Source of the DNA: a virus
Length of the DNA: 64,000 nucleotides
Virus record (IMG/VR): IMGVR_UViG_3300009151_000031
Strand: one strand, 5' to 3'
Shown here piece after piece: positions 1 to 9,935 of the stretch (its first letter is position 1; every line of letters begins with the position of its first letter). The translations under genes were made by a program, and so were the position numbers. Below the pieces are notes generated by a model, which worked only from the letters and a program-made list of their open reading frames with translations, did not search any database and was not told the origin of the DNA.

Positions 1-91
1 ACAGGCAAACTTAGGCGCATATCAGACTTTTGCCAATACAACTATATCAACTACACAGGCAAACTTAGGTGCATATCAGACTTTTGCCAAT
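1..91 (+). repeat. 54-nt-period (18-aa) tandem coding repeat
   Basis: acaggcaaacttaggYgcatatcagacttttgccaat at 1-37 and 55-91. A diverged third copy (TISSTQANIGAYQTY) lies near 330-372. Confidence 0.85.
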
Positions 92-1117
92 GCCAACGTA
101 AGTAATTTATACAACAGTATACTGGGATCAAATTCTGCAATAGTAACAGCCAATGCGGCAATGAAGTCATATGTTGACACCTCATTAAGCACATTGACCA
201 ATGGTGCATCTACTGCATTAGATACTCTATTAGAGATTGGAACAGCACTAGGCAATAACGCCAACTTTAGTGGCGTCGTAATAACTTGGTTGGGAAATAT
301 CACTGCCAATAATACAGCGGCCAATGCAACTATATCAAGTACACAAGCCAATATTGGTGCATATCAGACTTATGGTAATGCTCAATTGGCATTACGTGCT
401 CCAATTGCCAATCCATCATTTACCGGTGAATTGACCAGTGCCGGCAATATAACTGTTACTGGACATGTATTACCCAGTGCCAACGTAACCTATAGCTTGG
501 GTAGCCCAACCCGGAGGTGGAAAGACCTATATCTAAGTGGAAACACTATGGTACTTGGTCAAGCCAACATACAGTCACACGACAGTGGTATTACTATATA
601 CGCACCACAGCAGACTATAACCCTCAATCAAAATCTACACACCACAGCAACTCCATCATTTGCTAACGTAACTGCCACCGGCAATTTATTAGTCAGTGGA
701 AAATTACGCGACATTAATGGTAATGCCGGTCTAAGTGGACAGTACTTAGTATCTACAAGCACCGGCGTACAATGGTACACACAGGCCAGTGGAAGCGGTG
801 CATTATCTGGACTGAGCGATGTTAATTTGAGCAGTCCGCAAGCTCAGCAAGTTTTAACATATAATGGTACTTACTGGGTCAACGCGGCAGCTGGCGTAAC
901 AGTAGCATCTGCGGTATTTGCATCTAGTCAAACAGACAACGGGTTAGTAAACGATGCTATTGTGTCGGTTGCAGAAGATGAAGGCTTTGTCATAGAGGTA
1001 TCCAATAATATCTATGATTTGGGAGTTTTAAGTTTCACCGGTATTATTTCGTTAAATAACATAGACCAATCGATTAAGTCAGATTATTTGGGTTATTCGA
1101 TTATTTTTGGATTCTAA
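2..1117 (+). CDS. Tail fibre / virion structural protein, 5'-truncated by the window edge
   Basis: The frame of the 161..1117 ORF is open back to position 2 (QANLGAYQTFAN repeats). Ala/Asn/Thr/Ser-rich, with fibre-type motifs (LGSPTRRWKDLYLS, LSGLSDV). Confidence 0.7.
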   Translation, partial: QANLGAYQTFANTTISTTQANLGAYQTFANANVSNLYNSILGSNSAIVTANAAMKSYVDTSLSTLTNGASTALDTLLEIGTALGNNANFSGVVITWLGNITANNTAANATISSTQANIGAYQTYGNAQLALRAPIANPSFTGELTSAGNITVTGHVLPSANVTYSLGSPTRRWKDLYLSGNTMVLGQANIQSHDSGITIYAPQQTITLNQNLHTTATPSFANVTATGNLLVSGKLRDINGNAGLSGQYLVSTSTGVQWYTQASGSGALSGLSDVNLSSPQAQQVLTYNGTYWVNAAAGVTVASAVFASSQTDNGLVNDAIVSVAEDEGFVIEVSNNIYDLGVLSFTGIISLNNIDQSIKSDYLGYSIIFGF

Positions 1118-1125
1118 GGAAAAAC

Positions 1126-4008
1126 ATGGCACGCCAACTGATAGAAAAGTATATTTTTAGCCCTAACGTAGCAGGGGCAGGAACATTAAAGTTTCCGGGT
1201 AAAGTAGACTTAACGCAATTATTGATTATTGCAAATAAAACTCAACAAACCAATATTTACGCCATTGGTGATCCAACCAAAAACGGCACGCTGGTATACA
1301 GCGAAAGCGATACTACCTTCTTAGGTGGATCCTCTCAATACTCTGAACAAGTCGGTGTTACCACTGTGACATTTTTTGCCGACACATCTGCAATGTTAAG
1401 TTCGGATGCTATTGCAATTTATTCCGATGCCCCAAAACAACAAGGTAATATTGTGCGTCCTTATGCGTTTGGGGTTGACGCAATTGAGCGTCAGCGTGTT
1501 GCTACACCACAGTCATTGATTGACGCTGACTTTGAATACGGACTACAGCCGACCAAGTGGCAAAACTACACAGACATCCGTGGTATTCCGGGTATTTACG
1601 AAAAGCCCGGTCTAGATTTATTTGTTACAAATATTGTATCAGACGGTGGTAACCCAAGCGTTATCACAGTAACAGTCAGTGCGGCACATGGACTAAGCGT
1701 AACTAATCCTGTTATTATATTTGGCCTTGGCGGTGTGTCAAACTCGGCACGTGCTGAAGGTGCTTTTGTTATTGCTACAGTCCCAGACACAACTTCATTC
1801 ACTTATTTTGCCAAAGGTATTGTTGGAGTATCGGGTACTTCTGTGTACACTGGTAGCACATACGGTCGACGTGGCGGTTTCTATGCAGGGTCTGGATTGC
1901 CAATTAGCGGTTATGTCAGTGACAGCAATAGCCCAAGTAAAATTACAGTCACATGTAGCGCGGCACACGGATTGGTGCCTGGCGCTCCAATTGTTAACGT
2001 AGTCACATCTAGTGGAACATATCACACATTAATGGGTGGTAATTTCTTTGTTGAAACAGTTCCTACAGCAACAACATTTACATTTACGGCCAGAGTTGGT
2101 GGTGCAGTACAAAACTCTGGCATCATAGCAACAACTTACACACGAAGCGATGCATTCGTTCAACATAGACCATTTGACGGTGGTATTAATTTGGGTACAT
2201 TCTTACCAAGCCACGGGGCAAGTATATCAAGACAGACCAAAAAGTATATGCGTTACCAGTCTGGTAAAGGTATGTTATGGACAAGTGGTGTATTGTTTAA
2301 CCCAGTTATTAACCTGGATCAAATTAGTGCAAGCAATACAACTACCGGTTCTACAATTACAGTTACAACAGAAACAGATCACGGCTTACAAGCTGGCGCC
2401 ACTGTGGAAATTGCTGGTGTTGTGACATCGGGCTATAATGGTACATATGGTGTTGTTGGGGTAACTAGCGAAAGCGTATTTACATTGAGTGCCACACAAA
2501 CATTGGGTAGCACATCAGCAGTTATCACTAACTTACCGCGTGTAACAGTCAAAGCCTGGCATGGTGCTACAACTCGATGCGGTGCATTTGATGACCAGAA
2601 CGGATTGTTTTGGGAGTTTGACGGCAAAGAGCTAGCAGTGGTCAAACGCTCGGCTACATATCAGCTGTCTGGATTTATTACTGTTAACTCAGGCAGTCAG
2701 GCTGTTACCGGAACAAGTTCACGGTTTACACAACAACTTAAAACTGGGGATCGTATTGTTATTCGCGGCATGACCTATATGGTTGGTACAATTACTGATG
2801 ATACAACCATGACCATTAACCCAGAATACCGCGGCGTTAATAACGCTACCAGTTGCAAGATTGCACAGGTTATTGACCAGCGTGTACCACAAAGCCAATT
2901 TAACATTGACCGATTAGATGGTACAGGTATTAGTGGATACAACATTAACTTAAACAAAATGCAAATGCTAGGAATTTCATTCTCCTGGTACGGTGCCGGC
3001 TTTGTTGATTTTCTCTTGCGCGGTCCAGATGGTAACATGATCCTGGCACATAGGTTGAAACAAAATAACGTTAATGATGAAGCATATATGCGTACAGGTA
3101 ACCAAGCTGTGCGATACCAAGCTATCAATGAATCTGCACGTGATAGATTGTACGCCAACATTAATAGCTCAGTTACATCAATCCAGGTATATGATGTTAG
3201 CCGTTTCCCTAATACAGGCGGAACAGTTTTAATTGACCAGGAGTGTATCAATTACACAGGTATTAGTTTAGGTACTAATACATTGACTGGATGTACACGT
3301 GGTGCTAGTTTTAGCCTGTTTGTTGGCGGATCTACAAAGTCATTTACTGGTAGCGCAGCCGCTAGTCATGCCGCTGGCAACGGTTATACATCTGTGACAT
3401 TAATTAGTTGTACTTGTGCTCCGATTGTTAATCACTGGGGTAGTAGTTATATCATGGACGGATTATTTGACACAGACCGCGGCTACTACTTTAACTATGC
3501 ATCATTGGGAACTGTACTTACAGCTAACCAAAGTAAAACAACATTCTTTTTACGTTTGGCACCTAGCGTAAGTAATTCTATTGCCGGACAGTTTGGCGAT
3601 AGAGATTTGATCAACCGTTCTCAATTGCTATTACAGCAGTTGCAAATTCAGTCAGACCAATCAGTGCAAGTATACGGTATTTTAAATCCTGGTAATATTG
3701 ATGCCAGTTCGCTAACATGGCAAGCAGTTAACTCTGCGGCCCTGGGATCTCAACCAAGTTTTGCTCAAATTTCAACAAGTAGCTCAACAGTTGCTACCCC
3801 AGGAGAACAGAACTTTAGTACATTGGGACAACCTGGCGGATTTGCACAAATTGACCTAACCAATCTGAAAGAATTAACAAACTCTGCAATCGGTGGATAC
3901 AGCAATTATCCAGACGGACCAGACGTTTTAGCAGTTGTTGTTAAAAACCTAACAGCTAACACAGCCAACGTAAACATTAACTTGTTTTGGTCCGAGGCAC
4001 AGGCGTAA
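1126..4008 (+). CDS. Large virion structural protein (tail/baseplate-associated, beta-rich)
   Basis: 960-aa ORF, Thr/Ser/Gly/Val-rich, DADFEYGLQPTKW motif, repeated TVTxxxxHGL beta modules, located among fibre genes. Confidence 0.6.
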   Translation: MARQLIEKYIFSPNVAGAGTLKFPGKVDLTQLLIIANKTQQTNIYAIGDPTKNGTLVYSESDTTFLGGSSQYSEQVGVTTVTFFADTSAMLSSDAIAIYSDAPKQQGNIVRPYAFGVDAIERQRVATPQSLIDADFEYGLQPTKWQNYTDIRGIPGIYEKPGLDLFVTNIVSDGGNPSVITVTVSAAHGLSVTNPVIIFGLGGVSNSARAEGAFVIATVPDTTSFTYFAKGIVGVSGTSVYTGSTYGRRGGFYAGSGLPISGYVSDSNSPSKITVTCSAAHGLVPGAPIVNVVTSSGTYHTLMGGNFFVETVPTATTFTFTARVGGAVQNSGIIATTYTRSDAFVQHRPFDGGINLGTFLPSHGASISRQTKKYMRYQSGKGMLWTSGVLFNPVINLDQISASNTTTGSTITVTTETDHGLQAGATVEIAGVVTSGYNGTYGVVGVTSESVFTLSATQTLGSTSAVITNLPRVTVKAWHGATTRCGAFDDQNGLFWEFDGKELAVVKRSATYQLSGFITVNSGSQAVTGTSSRFTQQLKTGDRIVIRGMTYMVGTITDDTTMTINPEYRGVNNATSCKIAQVIDQRVPQSQFNIDRLDGTGISGYNINLNKMQMLGISFSWYGAGFVDFLLRGPDGNMILAHRLKQNNVNDEAYMRTGNQAVRYQAINESARDRLYANINSSVTSIQVYDVSRFPNTGGTVLIDQECINYTGISLGTNTLTGCTRGASFSLFVGGSTKSFTGSAAASHAAGNGYTSVTLISCTCAPIVNHWGSSYIMDGLFDTDRGYYFNYASLGTVLTANQSKTTFFLRLAPSVSNSIAGQFGDRDLINRSQLLLQQLQIQSDQSVQVYGILNPGNIDASSLTWQAVNSAALGSQPSFAQISTSSSTVATPGEQNFSTLGQPGGFAQIDLTNLKELTNSAIGGYSNYPDGPDVLAVVVKNLTANTANVNINLFWSEAQA

Positions 4009-4013
4009 CCAAG

Positions 4014-4021
4014 TATAAATA
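4014..4021 (+). promoter_or_regulatory. T4-late-type promoter TATAAATA
   Basis: Exact T4 late consensus, followed by an AGGA RBS and the ATG at 4040. Confidence 0.7.
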
Positions 4022-4039
4022 TAGAAACAGAGGATAGAT

Positions 4040-5176
4040 ATGGCAAATCAAGTACAATTTAGACGAGGAACTACTACCCAGAATAACGCCTTTACCGGCG
4101 CCGCTGGCGAGATTACCTATGATACTGATGCCAAAACGCTACGTTTACACGATGGCACAACTGCCGGCGGCGGTGCGACGGTATTAACCACCGGTGCTAC
4201 TCAGACAGTATTAAACAAAACAATGAGTACCGGGTCCACTTGGCAAGGTACTCCTGTTGCATTAGCATATGGTGGCACCGGTAGTGCATTGACCGCGGCT
4301 GCAGGCGCAGTTCCATATTCTACTTCAAGTGGTATGGGGCTAAGCCTAGCCGGTACATCGGGCCAGATTTTAGTGTCTGGAGGTACAGGATCTCCAACTT
4401 GGGTCAGCGGGTCCACGCTAACTGTTGGTACGGCTACAGTTGCTACCAGTGCAACAAATATTCAAGGCGGTAGTGCTGGACAATTAATGATCCAGGCAGA
4501 TACCAACTTAACAACATTCATTACAGCTGGTGCTCAAGGTACCTTCTTAAAATCTGCTGGTGCAGGATATGCTCCTACGTGGGCGGCCGGACAGGTAACT
4601 TATGGTAACACAACGGTGTCACTTGGTAGTAATAGTGCAGGCGTTTTAAATGGTATTACTACATTAAACAGCGACATACAATTTGTACCATTACCAACAG
4701 GTAATACTGCTCAACGCCCAGGCGGTGCATACAACACTATTAGCCCACAATTAGGGCATGTACGCTATAACACTCAACTTCAAAGTTTTGAAGGATACGG
4801 CGCAGGTAATGCTTGGTCTAGTTTGGGTGGTGTTACTTCTGTAGACAAAAAAGCATATATCCAAGCAGAAACAAGCGCAGGTGCAGGCGATGACGTAATA
4901 CGTGTTTACGCCGGCGATAGTGGAACAGCTACACAGGCTATGTTCGCCAGCACAAGCAACGTAAGTATTTTAGTTGGTGCAAATTTAACATATCGTAACT
5001 CTACTACTAGTATTTTTCCAGGTATTGCTAACGTAAACTTGGCAACATTGTACGGAACTGAAGCTACATTGACATCAAATTTTGATGGATTTGGCGTGCC
5101 GACTGGAAATTTTGGTCGGTATGATTTAATGGATCCAGTTGGTAGTGTAAAAACGTACGATCTTGGAATATTATAA
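4040..5176 (+). CDS. Tail fibre protein with Mtd N-terminal domain
   Basis: N-terminus QFRRGTTTQNNAFTGAAGEITYDTDAKTLRLHDGTTAGG resembles the BPP-1 Mtd N-terminus. Also has LPTGNTAQRP...GHVRYNT...FEGY fibre motif. Confidence 0.75.
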   Translation: MANQVQFRRGTTTQNNAFTGAAGEITYDTDAKTLRLHDGTTAGGGATVLTTGATQTVLNKTMSTGSTWQGTPVALAYGGTGSALTAAAGAVPYSTSSGMGLSLAGTSGQILVSGGTGSPTWVSGSTLTVGTATVATSATNIQGGSAGQLMIQADTNLTTFITAGAQGTFLKSAGAGYAPTWAAGQVTYGNTTVSLGSNSAGVLNGITTLNSDIQFVPLPTGNTAQRPGGAYNTISPQLGHVRYNTQLQSFEGYGAGNAWSSLGGVTSVDKKAYIQAETSAGAGDDVIRVYAGDSGTATQAMFASTSNVSILVGANLTYRNSTTSIFPGIANVNLATLYGTEATLTSNFDGFGVPTGNFGRYDLMDPVGSVKTYDLGIL

Positions 5177-5187
5177 GAACACTTTAA

Positions 5188-5195
5188 GATAAATA
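5188..5195 (+). promoter_or_regulatory. Late-type promoter (gaTAAATA)
   Basis: TAAATA core upstream of AAGGA RBS and the ATG at 5216. Confidence 0.55.
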
Positions 5196-5215
5196 ACATA
5201 TAAGGAATTTAAGAG

Positions 5216-5887
5216 ATGCCAACACAAGTACAATTTAGACGAGGTAACAACGCCGCTTCCAACGCCTATGTTGGCGCCGCCGGCGAACTCGCTGTTAACT
5301 CCGATTCGGGCACGATACACGTACACGACGGCTCAACACCGGGCGGTAACATAGCAGTGACTACAACGGGCACTCAGACACTAACAAACAAAACATTTGG
5401 TAACGTAAACTTATCTGGTAACATTGTTCCTACAGCCAACCTAACTTATAACTTAGGATCATCGGTTCAATGGTTTAATACATTTTACGGTATCTCTTCT
5501 CAAGCCAAATACGCTGACTTGGCAGAAAAATATACGTCAGACAAAGAATATCCAATTGGCACAGTAGTTGTATTTGGTGGAACACACGAAATTACATCAT
5601 CAACTATTGATCACGATACTCGTATTGCTGGAGTCATTTCTGGTGAACCGGCATACTTGATGAATGCCGCAGGAGCAGGCCAAGCTGTTGCACTAACAGG
5701 TCGTGTTCCGTGCCGAGTTAAAGGTCCTGTTACAAAAGGTGATGTACTAGTAACTAGTAGTATAGAAGGTGTGGCACAAACAATTGATAATGATAAATTT
5801 ATTCCTGGTTGTATTTTAGGAAAAAGTTTAAGCACAGTCAGATCCGATGATATTGTAACTATTGAAGTGGTAGTTGGTAAACATTAA
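5216..5887 (+). CDS. Mtd-N domain fused to peptidase G2/intramolecular-chaperone-like C-terminal domain
   Basis: QFRRG...HDG N-terminus. C-terminal YADLAEKY...GVIS..PAYLMN..VALTGRVPCRV.G.V.KGD.LVTS pattern. Confidence 0.65.
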   Translation: MPTQVQFRRGNNAASNAYVGAAGELAVNSDSGTIHVHDGSTPGGNIAVTTTGTQTLTNKTFGNVNLSGNIVPTANLTYNLGSSVQWFNTFYGISSQAKYADLAEKYTSDKEYPIGTVVVFGGTHEITSSTIDHDTRIAGVISGEPAYLMNAAGAGQAVALTGRVPCRVKGPVTKGDVLVTSSIEGVAQTIDNDKFIPGCILGKSLSTVRSDDIVTIEVVVGKH

Positions 5888-5900
5888 TATTTAACATACT

Positions 5901-6641
5901 ATGCAAAAATTAAAACAACTTTATCGCAGTTCTTATCCAGGCGAAAATGTTATCACACAATTAACATACGAAAACGGCGAGTGGCACCCAACTACAGAAA
6001 TGGTTCCCAATCAAGTTTTCAATACCTTTACAACCACACAAGCATTGGTAATTGGTAACGGTGAATCGCGTAAAGATTTTGATTTAATGCACATTGATAA
6101 TCACACTGGCGGATTACTTGGATCAAACCGACTACAGTCGTATGGTTGTAATGCATTATACAGAGATTTTACTCCCGACTTCTTAATTGCTGTTGGAAAC
6201 GGCATAGTAAAAGAAATTGCTGAGTCAACGTACACCGCTGAAAATATTGTTTATGCAAATGGTCAGCACGTTATTGACTATCCGGGTAAATTTTATTTGA
6301 TTCCGCAAAACATAGCATTTGACGCCGGCTCATTGGCAGTTTACTTGGCCTGTTTTGATGGGCATAAAAAAATATTCTTAATGGGATTTGACGGGTACGA
6401 TGAAGCTGGAAATGTTAATAACATTTACAAAGATACCAACGGGTACCCAGCATCCACCGAAGATCAAAATGAAACATTTTGGAACATGTCGTTAAGCACA
6501 GTGATGACTACATACCCTAATGTAGAATTTGTAAGTATTATGCCAACAGCACAATGGTATGTACATGCTATGTTTGATAGCAAACCAAACTACCGTCAAA
6601 TCGACTACAGAGACTTTGTACTAGAAGCTGACGTTGGTTAA
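5901..6641 (+). CDS. Hypothetical protein, MptE/DUF115- or sialyltransferase-like Rossmann fold
   Basis: VIGNGESR...YGCNALYRDFTPDFLIAV...IFLMGFDG motifs. Confidence 0.4.
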   Translation: MQKLKQLYRSSYPGENVITQLTYENGEWHPTTEMVPNQVFNTFTTTQALVIGNGESRKDFDLMHIDNHTGGLLGSNRLQSYGCNALYRDFTPDFLIAVGNGIVKEIAESTYTAENIVYANGQHVIDYPGKFYLIPQNIAFDAGSLAVYLACFDGHKKIFLMGFDGYDEAGNVNNIYKDTNGYPASTEDQNETFWNMSLSTVMTTYPNVEFVSIMPTAQWYVHAMFDSKPNYRQIDYRDFVLEADVG

Positions 6642-7069
6642 TTTAATATAGACTCTAGAGTCTTTATCTTTTTACGAACAATATCAAAATTAAAACTACG
6701 CCAAAGACCTGGATGCAACGGTCTTGGGTAGTCGTCTAAGTTTACCCAACAATATCCGCGGTGCTCGCTATTTAATTTAGGAACAAATTCTTCTTCTACA
6801 CTTACCAAAAATGTGTAGTAAGCAAATTTACGATTGTCTGCTGTAAATGTTTCTAGAGGAATAAACTTTTTCTTAGAAAAATCACTACCAATTTCTTCAC
6901 GTATCTCTCGCACAAGTCCTTGTGTAACAGTTTCTCCTGCCTCAATCTTTCCGCCTACAATTCCCCAGCTACCTGAGTGTTTGGATTTATCTCGTAGTAA
7001 AAAAAGATATCGATTAGTCGACTTGGCGTACACTAATGCGCCACATCCTTCTGTATGATTGTCGGACAT
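6638..7069 (-). CDS. NUDIX hydrolase
   Basis: Nudix box GGKIEAGETVTQGLVREIREEIG. Confidence 0.9.
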   Translation of the reverse strand: MSDNHTEGCGALVYAKSTNRYLFLLRDKSKHSGSWGIVGGKIEAGETVTQGLVREIREEIGSDFSKKKFIPLETFTADNRKFAYYTFLVSVEEEFVPKLNSEHRGYCWVNLDDYPRPLHPGLWRSFNFDIVRKKIKTLESILN

Positions 7070-8424
7070 TAGAGAACCAAACTCCAGTTGCCTGCAGAGT
7101 ATTCACCTTCGTAGCTCTTTACCCAAGCATCACCGGCCCAACGATATTGGACATGAGTTTTAGTATTAGTAACATACTGCACAACTGGATTATTGTTACT
7201 TTCAAACGATACATGCCAGTATGATCCATTCCATTCAATGATATCATTGGCATTGGCAATTAAATTAGTACCAGCCGCACCTGCCCATGCAATAGAACTA
7301 TCACTGTTGGCATCACCGATTGGATTTAAAATCAAATATCGAGCTCCATTGGTAGGAGTTAGTATGCTACTATCTATGGTAACATTCATAGGATCAATGA
7401 TAGCGTCAACCGCTCTTAGTGTATTTGCCGGCAATGTTTCGGGAAAAGCTGTAAACAATAGCTGGGTGTCATCGGTTGGGTTATAAGCAACAGTACCTGC
7501 AATTTCATGTGTGCCATCTGGGTATTCAAATGACAAGCGCATCTGACTAATACCATTTGTTAATGTTCCAAATAACGCAACTACCTGTGTCCATGCAGTT
7601 GGCACTCCGTATTGTGCGGCATTCTTGTACAAGGTCAATGTATTGCCAACCCAGACTAGACCATAATTCATTGGTGTAAATCTTTGTTGACTACTTGGTT
7701 GGCTGTAGATAATCTCTGGATTCAAGTCGCCATCGACGTTGTGCATGTTGGCAATAATTTGTGCAACTACGCCCATCTTTTTAACCTTAGCTGGCAATGT
7801 AATCCAAATTGGCAACTCAAAAGTCATTGTAGCTATGTCAATACTTTCTTCGCCACCTTGCGGAACAGCACGACTACTATAGGTTACATCAGTTAACAAT
7901 ACAGCACTTAAACTGGTCCAATCAATGTAGTTATCGTTGCTTTGAATTTCCATGCTTGGATTAAACAACGGAGTCAGCTGTTCTAATATTTGATGCTTTT
8001 GGTCTGTGTTACTTGTCCATATATCTAGTTTGATTGTTACCTTATACGGAGCAGGCATTAATCTTTCTACAGTATAAATTCCATCCTGTTGTCCAGTATA
8101 AGCGTGTGCATCTTTATCGTATATTTGTTCACGGAAACGTAATGTACTTTCGTGATACGGGTTTTGTAGTCGATCTCGATCGTATTGGAATCCAGATATA
8201 TATGCGGCCATGGCTGGAACAGCACTCAACGTGTTTTCGCTATTTTGTTTTAAAATTACACTAGCTTGGCGGCTCGGATCGCCGTAATACACTGGTACAG
8301 TTTGTAGTGTGCGATCGCCGTTACTATCTTTTCCAAACTGTACTTGGAAGTTGGAAACCATACGTATAAATTGAATTATAAATTTACGTATTTGACCATC
8401 GTAATTGTATTGAACTACTGACAT
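7069..8424 (-). CDS. gp15: Tail sheath stabilizer/completion protein (T4 gp15-like) with C-terminal extension
   Basis: YxGQIRKFIIQFIRMVSNFQV..VPVYYG..P.P.K....LDIWTSNTDQKHQILEQ..PLFNP pattern. Adjacent to gp14-like gene. Confidence 0.7.
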   Translation of the reverse strand: MSVVQYNYDGQIRKFIIQFIRMVSNFQVQFGKDSNGDRTLQTVPVYYGDPSRQASVILKQNSENTLSAVPAMAAYISGFQYDRDRLQNPYHESTLRFREQIYDKDAHAYTGQQDGIYTVERLMPAPYKVTIKLDIWTSNTDQKHQILEQLTPLFNPSMEIQSNDNYIDWTSLSAVLLTDVTYSSRAVPQGGEESIDIATMTFELPIWITLPAKVKKMGVVAQIIANMHNVDGDLNPEIIYSQPSSQQRFTPMNYGLVWVGNTLTLYKNAAQYGVPTAWTQVVALFGTLTNGISQMRLSFEYPDGTHEIAGTVAYNPTDDTQLLFTAFPETLPANTLRAVDAIIDPMNVTIDSSILTPTNGARYLILNPIGDANSDSSIAWAGAAGTNLIANANDIIEWNGSYWHVSFESNNNPVVQYVTNTKTHVQYRWAGDAWVKSYEGEYSAGNWSLVL

Positions 8425-9593
8425 TAATTATCTGCCTTAGGTGTGAGTACTTTGCTTAAACTTTGACGTTCGGTGTGTGTATTGCCCGCGGCATCTTTGT
8501 AAGTATTAGTGTTATTTACGAAGCCCGACTTCTGTGTTTTATTATCTGCTCCAGGTGTTAGGTTAGTACGTACAGCATCTTCAATCTTGGACCAATTGTA
8601 GCCACTGAAACGGAATAAACGATTTGGTAAGTAATCTAAACGCAAGAAATAATCTCCTTGACTTGGCGTTTCTGGGAAAGCAACGCCAGCGCCAGTTACA
8701 ACACTATTTGGTGCTGTGCCATCTCCAGTTAAGTATCCGTGGACTTTGCTCTTTGGACTTGCAACACCTGCATCTGCGGTAGTGTTATTGTTGTCGGCTG
8801 TTAGAAAGGTGTTGTCTGCTCGTATTGGAGTAGCAACTTGATCACCGGCTTCGTTGGTTGGTAAAGTAAACAAGGACGAGGTGTCAAACCCAGACTTAGG
8901 AACATTAATTTCGGCTTGAGCAACAATGGCCTTATTAATATCCATGTATGTGTTATACGTACTTAAAATTTCTCCCACCGGGGTAGTAGTATCTGTTCCA
9001 GCTTTTAGTTTATCTAAAATATCTTTGTACTCTTGACTGTCTACTAGCGGGTTAAGTTTAACACGCCATAAGTGTGGCCACCAAGTTGGGCTAAATCCTT
9101 CACTTGCAAAACTTGCATCGCTTACACTATAGAAACGTTTTAGTGCGGCGGGTACATCTTCATTTAATCCATCAAAATCTTTAAGGTGTTGCAATTCAAT
9201 TACGTCGCCGGCAATTAGTTTACGGCCAATTTGATCAACCATGTCACGTAAGTGGAATACCATAAAGATAGTTCCAGTTTGTAAGAACAAGCCAAATTGG
9301 CTCAGGTCAAAGTCTTGATCGGCACGTTGATAGATACCACGCATTTTATATACTTCAGTATCGTACTTGCGATCGCGGTTTTCTAACCATAGCAAGTCTT
9401 GAATATTCTTTTCGCTTTGATTTAAATAATCTGGTATAGTAGCATCTGTACTGCCAGTTTGTTTAGTAGGACCTAAATATTTGTTTAATAGTACGCCCGT
9501 ACCGCCAATGGTAAACATTTCACTGATCCTGCGATCAAAAAACTTGTAATCATTTGAGTGTTTGCCGTCTTTCCATAGACTTAAACGTGCCAT
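8424..9593 (-). CDS. gp14: Neck / head-closure protein (T4 gp14-like)
   Basis: DLLWLENRDRKYD...FDLSQFGLF...GDVI pattern. Reverse-strand TAAATA promoter at 9616-9621. Confidence 0.65.
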   Translation of the reverse strand: MARLSLWKDGKHSNDYKFFDRRISEMFTIGGTGVLLNKYLGPTKQTGSTDATIPDYLNQSEKNIQDLLWLENRDRKYDTEVYKMRGIYQRADQDFDLSQFGLFLQTGTIFMVFHLRDMVDQIGRKLIAGDVIELQHLKDFDGLNEDVPAALKRFYSVSDASFASEGFSPTWWPHLWRVKLNPLVDSQEYKDILDKLKAGTDTTTPVGEILSTYNTYMDINKAIVAQAEINVPKSGFDTSSLFTLPTNEAGDQVATPIRADNTFLTADNNNTTADAGVASPKSKVHGYLTGDGTAPNSVVTGAGVAFPETPSQGDYFLRLDYLPNRLFRFSGYNWSKIEDAVRTNLTPGADNKTQKSGFVNNTNTYKDAAGNTHTERQSLSKVLTPKADN

Positions 9594-9628
9594 AAGTGAA
9601 TCCTGTTAGTTGTAGTATTTATCGCGGG

Positions 9629-9657
9629 TTGACCCAGAAATCGTTTTAATATATAAT
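9629..9657 (+). promoter_or_regulatory. Sigma70-type promoter
   Basis: TTGACC-17-TATAAT. Confidence 0.7.
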
Positions 9658-9662
9658 ACAAT

Positions 9663-9905
9663 ATGGATCAATTTATAACTGAGCTATATTTCAAAATTAT
9701 CGCTTGTAAACAAGAGCATCAACGTGATTTAAAACGAATGTATACAAATTGCAGACGCATACAAAACGAAATAAGCAAAGAAGATGTTACTTGCCGCAGA
9801 TTTGGCAAAAATACAGTTAAAAAACAAGAGCTTACACAAGAACTTCAAGAAGCAGTAAATACCTTAGAGCAATATCTAGTATTTGCTACACTCCTAAACG
9901 GTTGA
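9663..9905 (+). CDS. Hypothetical protein
   Basis: 80-aa ORF directly downstream of the promoter. Confidence 0.55.
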   Translation: MDQFITELYFKIIACKQEHQRDLKRMYTNCRRIQNEISKEDVTCRRFGKNTVKKQELTQELQEAVNTLEQYLVFATLLNG

Positions 9906-9930
9906 CAAATAAATACCAAAATGCTATACT
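9902..9930 (+). promoter_or_regulatory. Sigma70-type promoter
   Basis: TTGACA-17-TATACT. Confidence 0.75.
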
Positions 9931-9935
9931 AGCTT

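Noticed and set aside
4040-5887. Diversity-generating retroelement suggested by Mtd-N domains
   Set aside because: No reverse transcriptase, no adenine-mismatched TR/VR pair and no C-type-lectin-like C-terminus were seen in the window.
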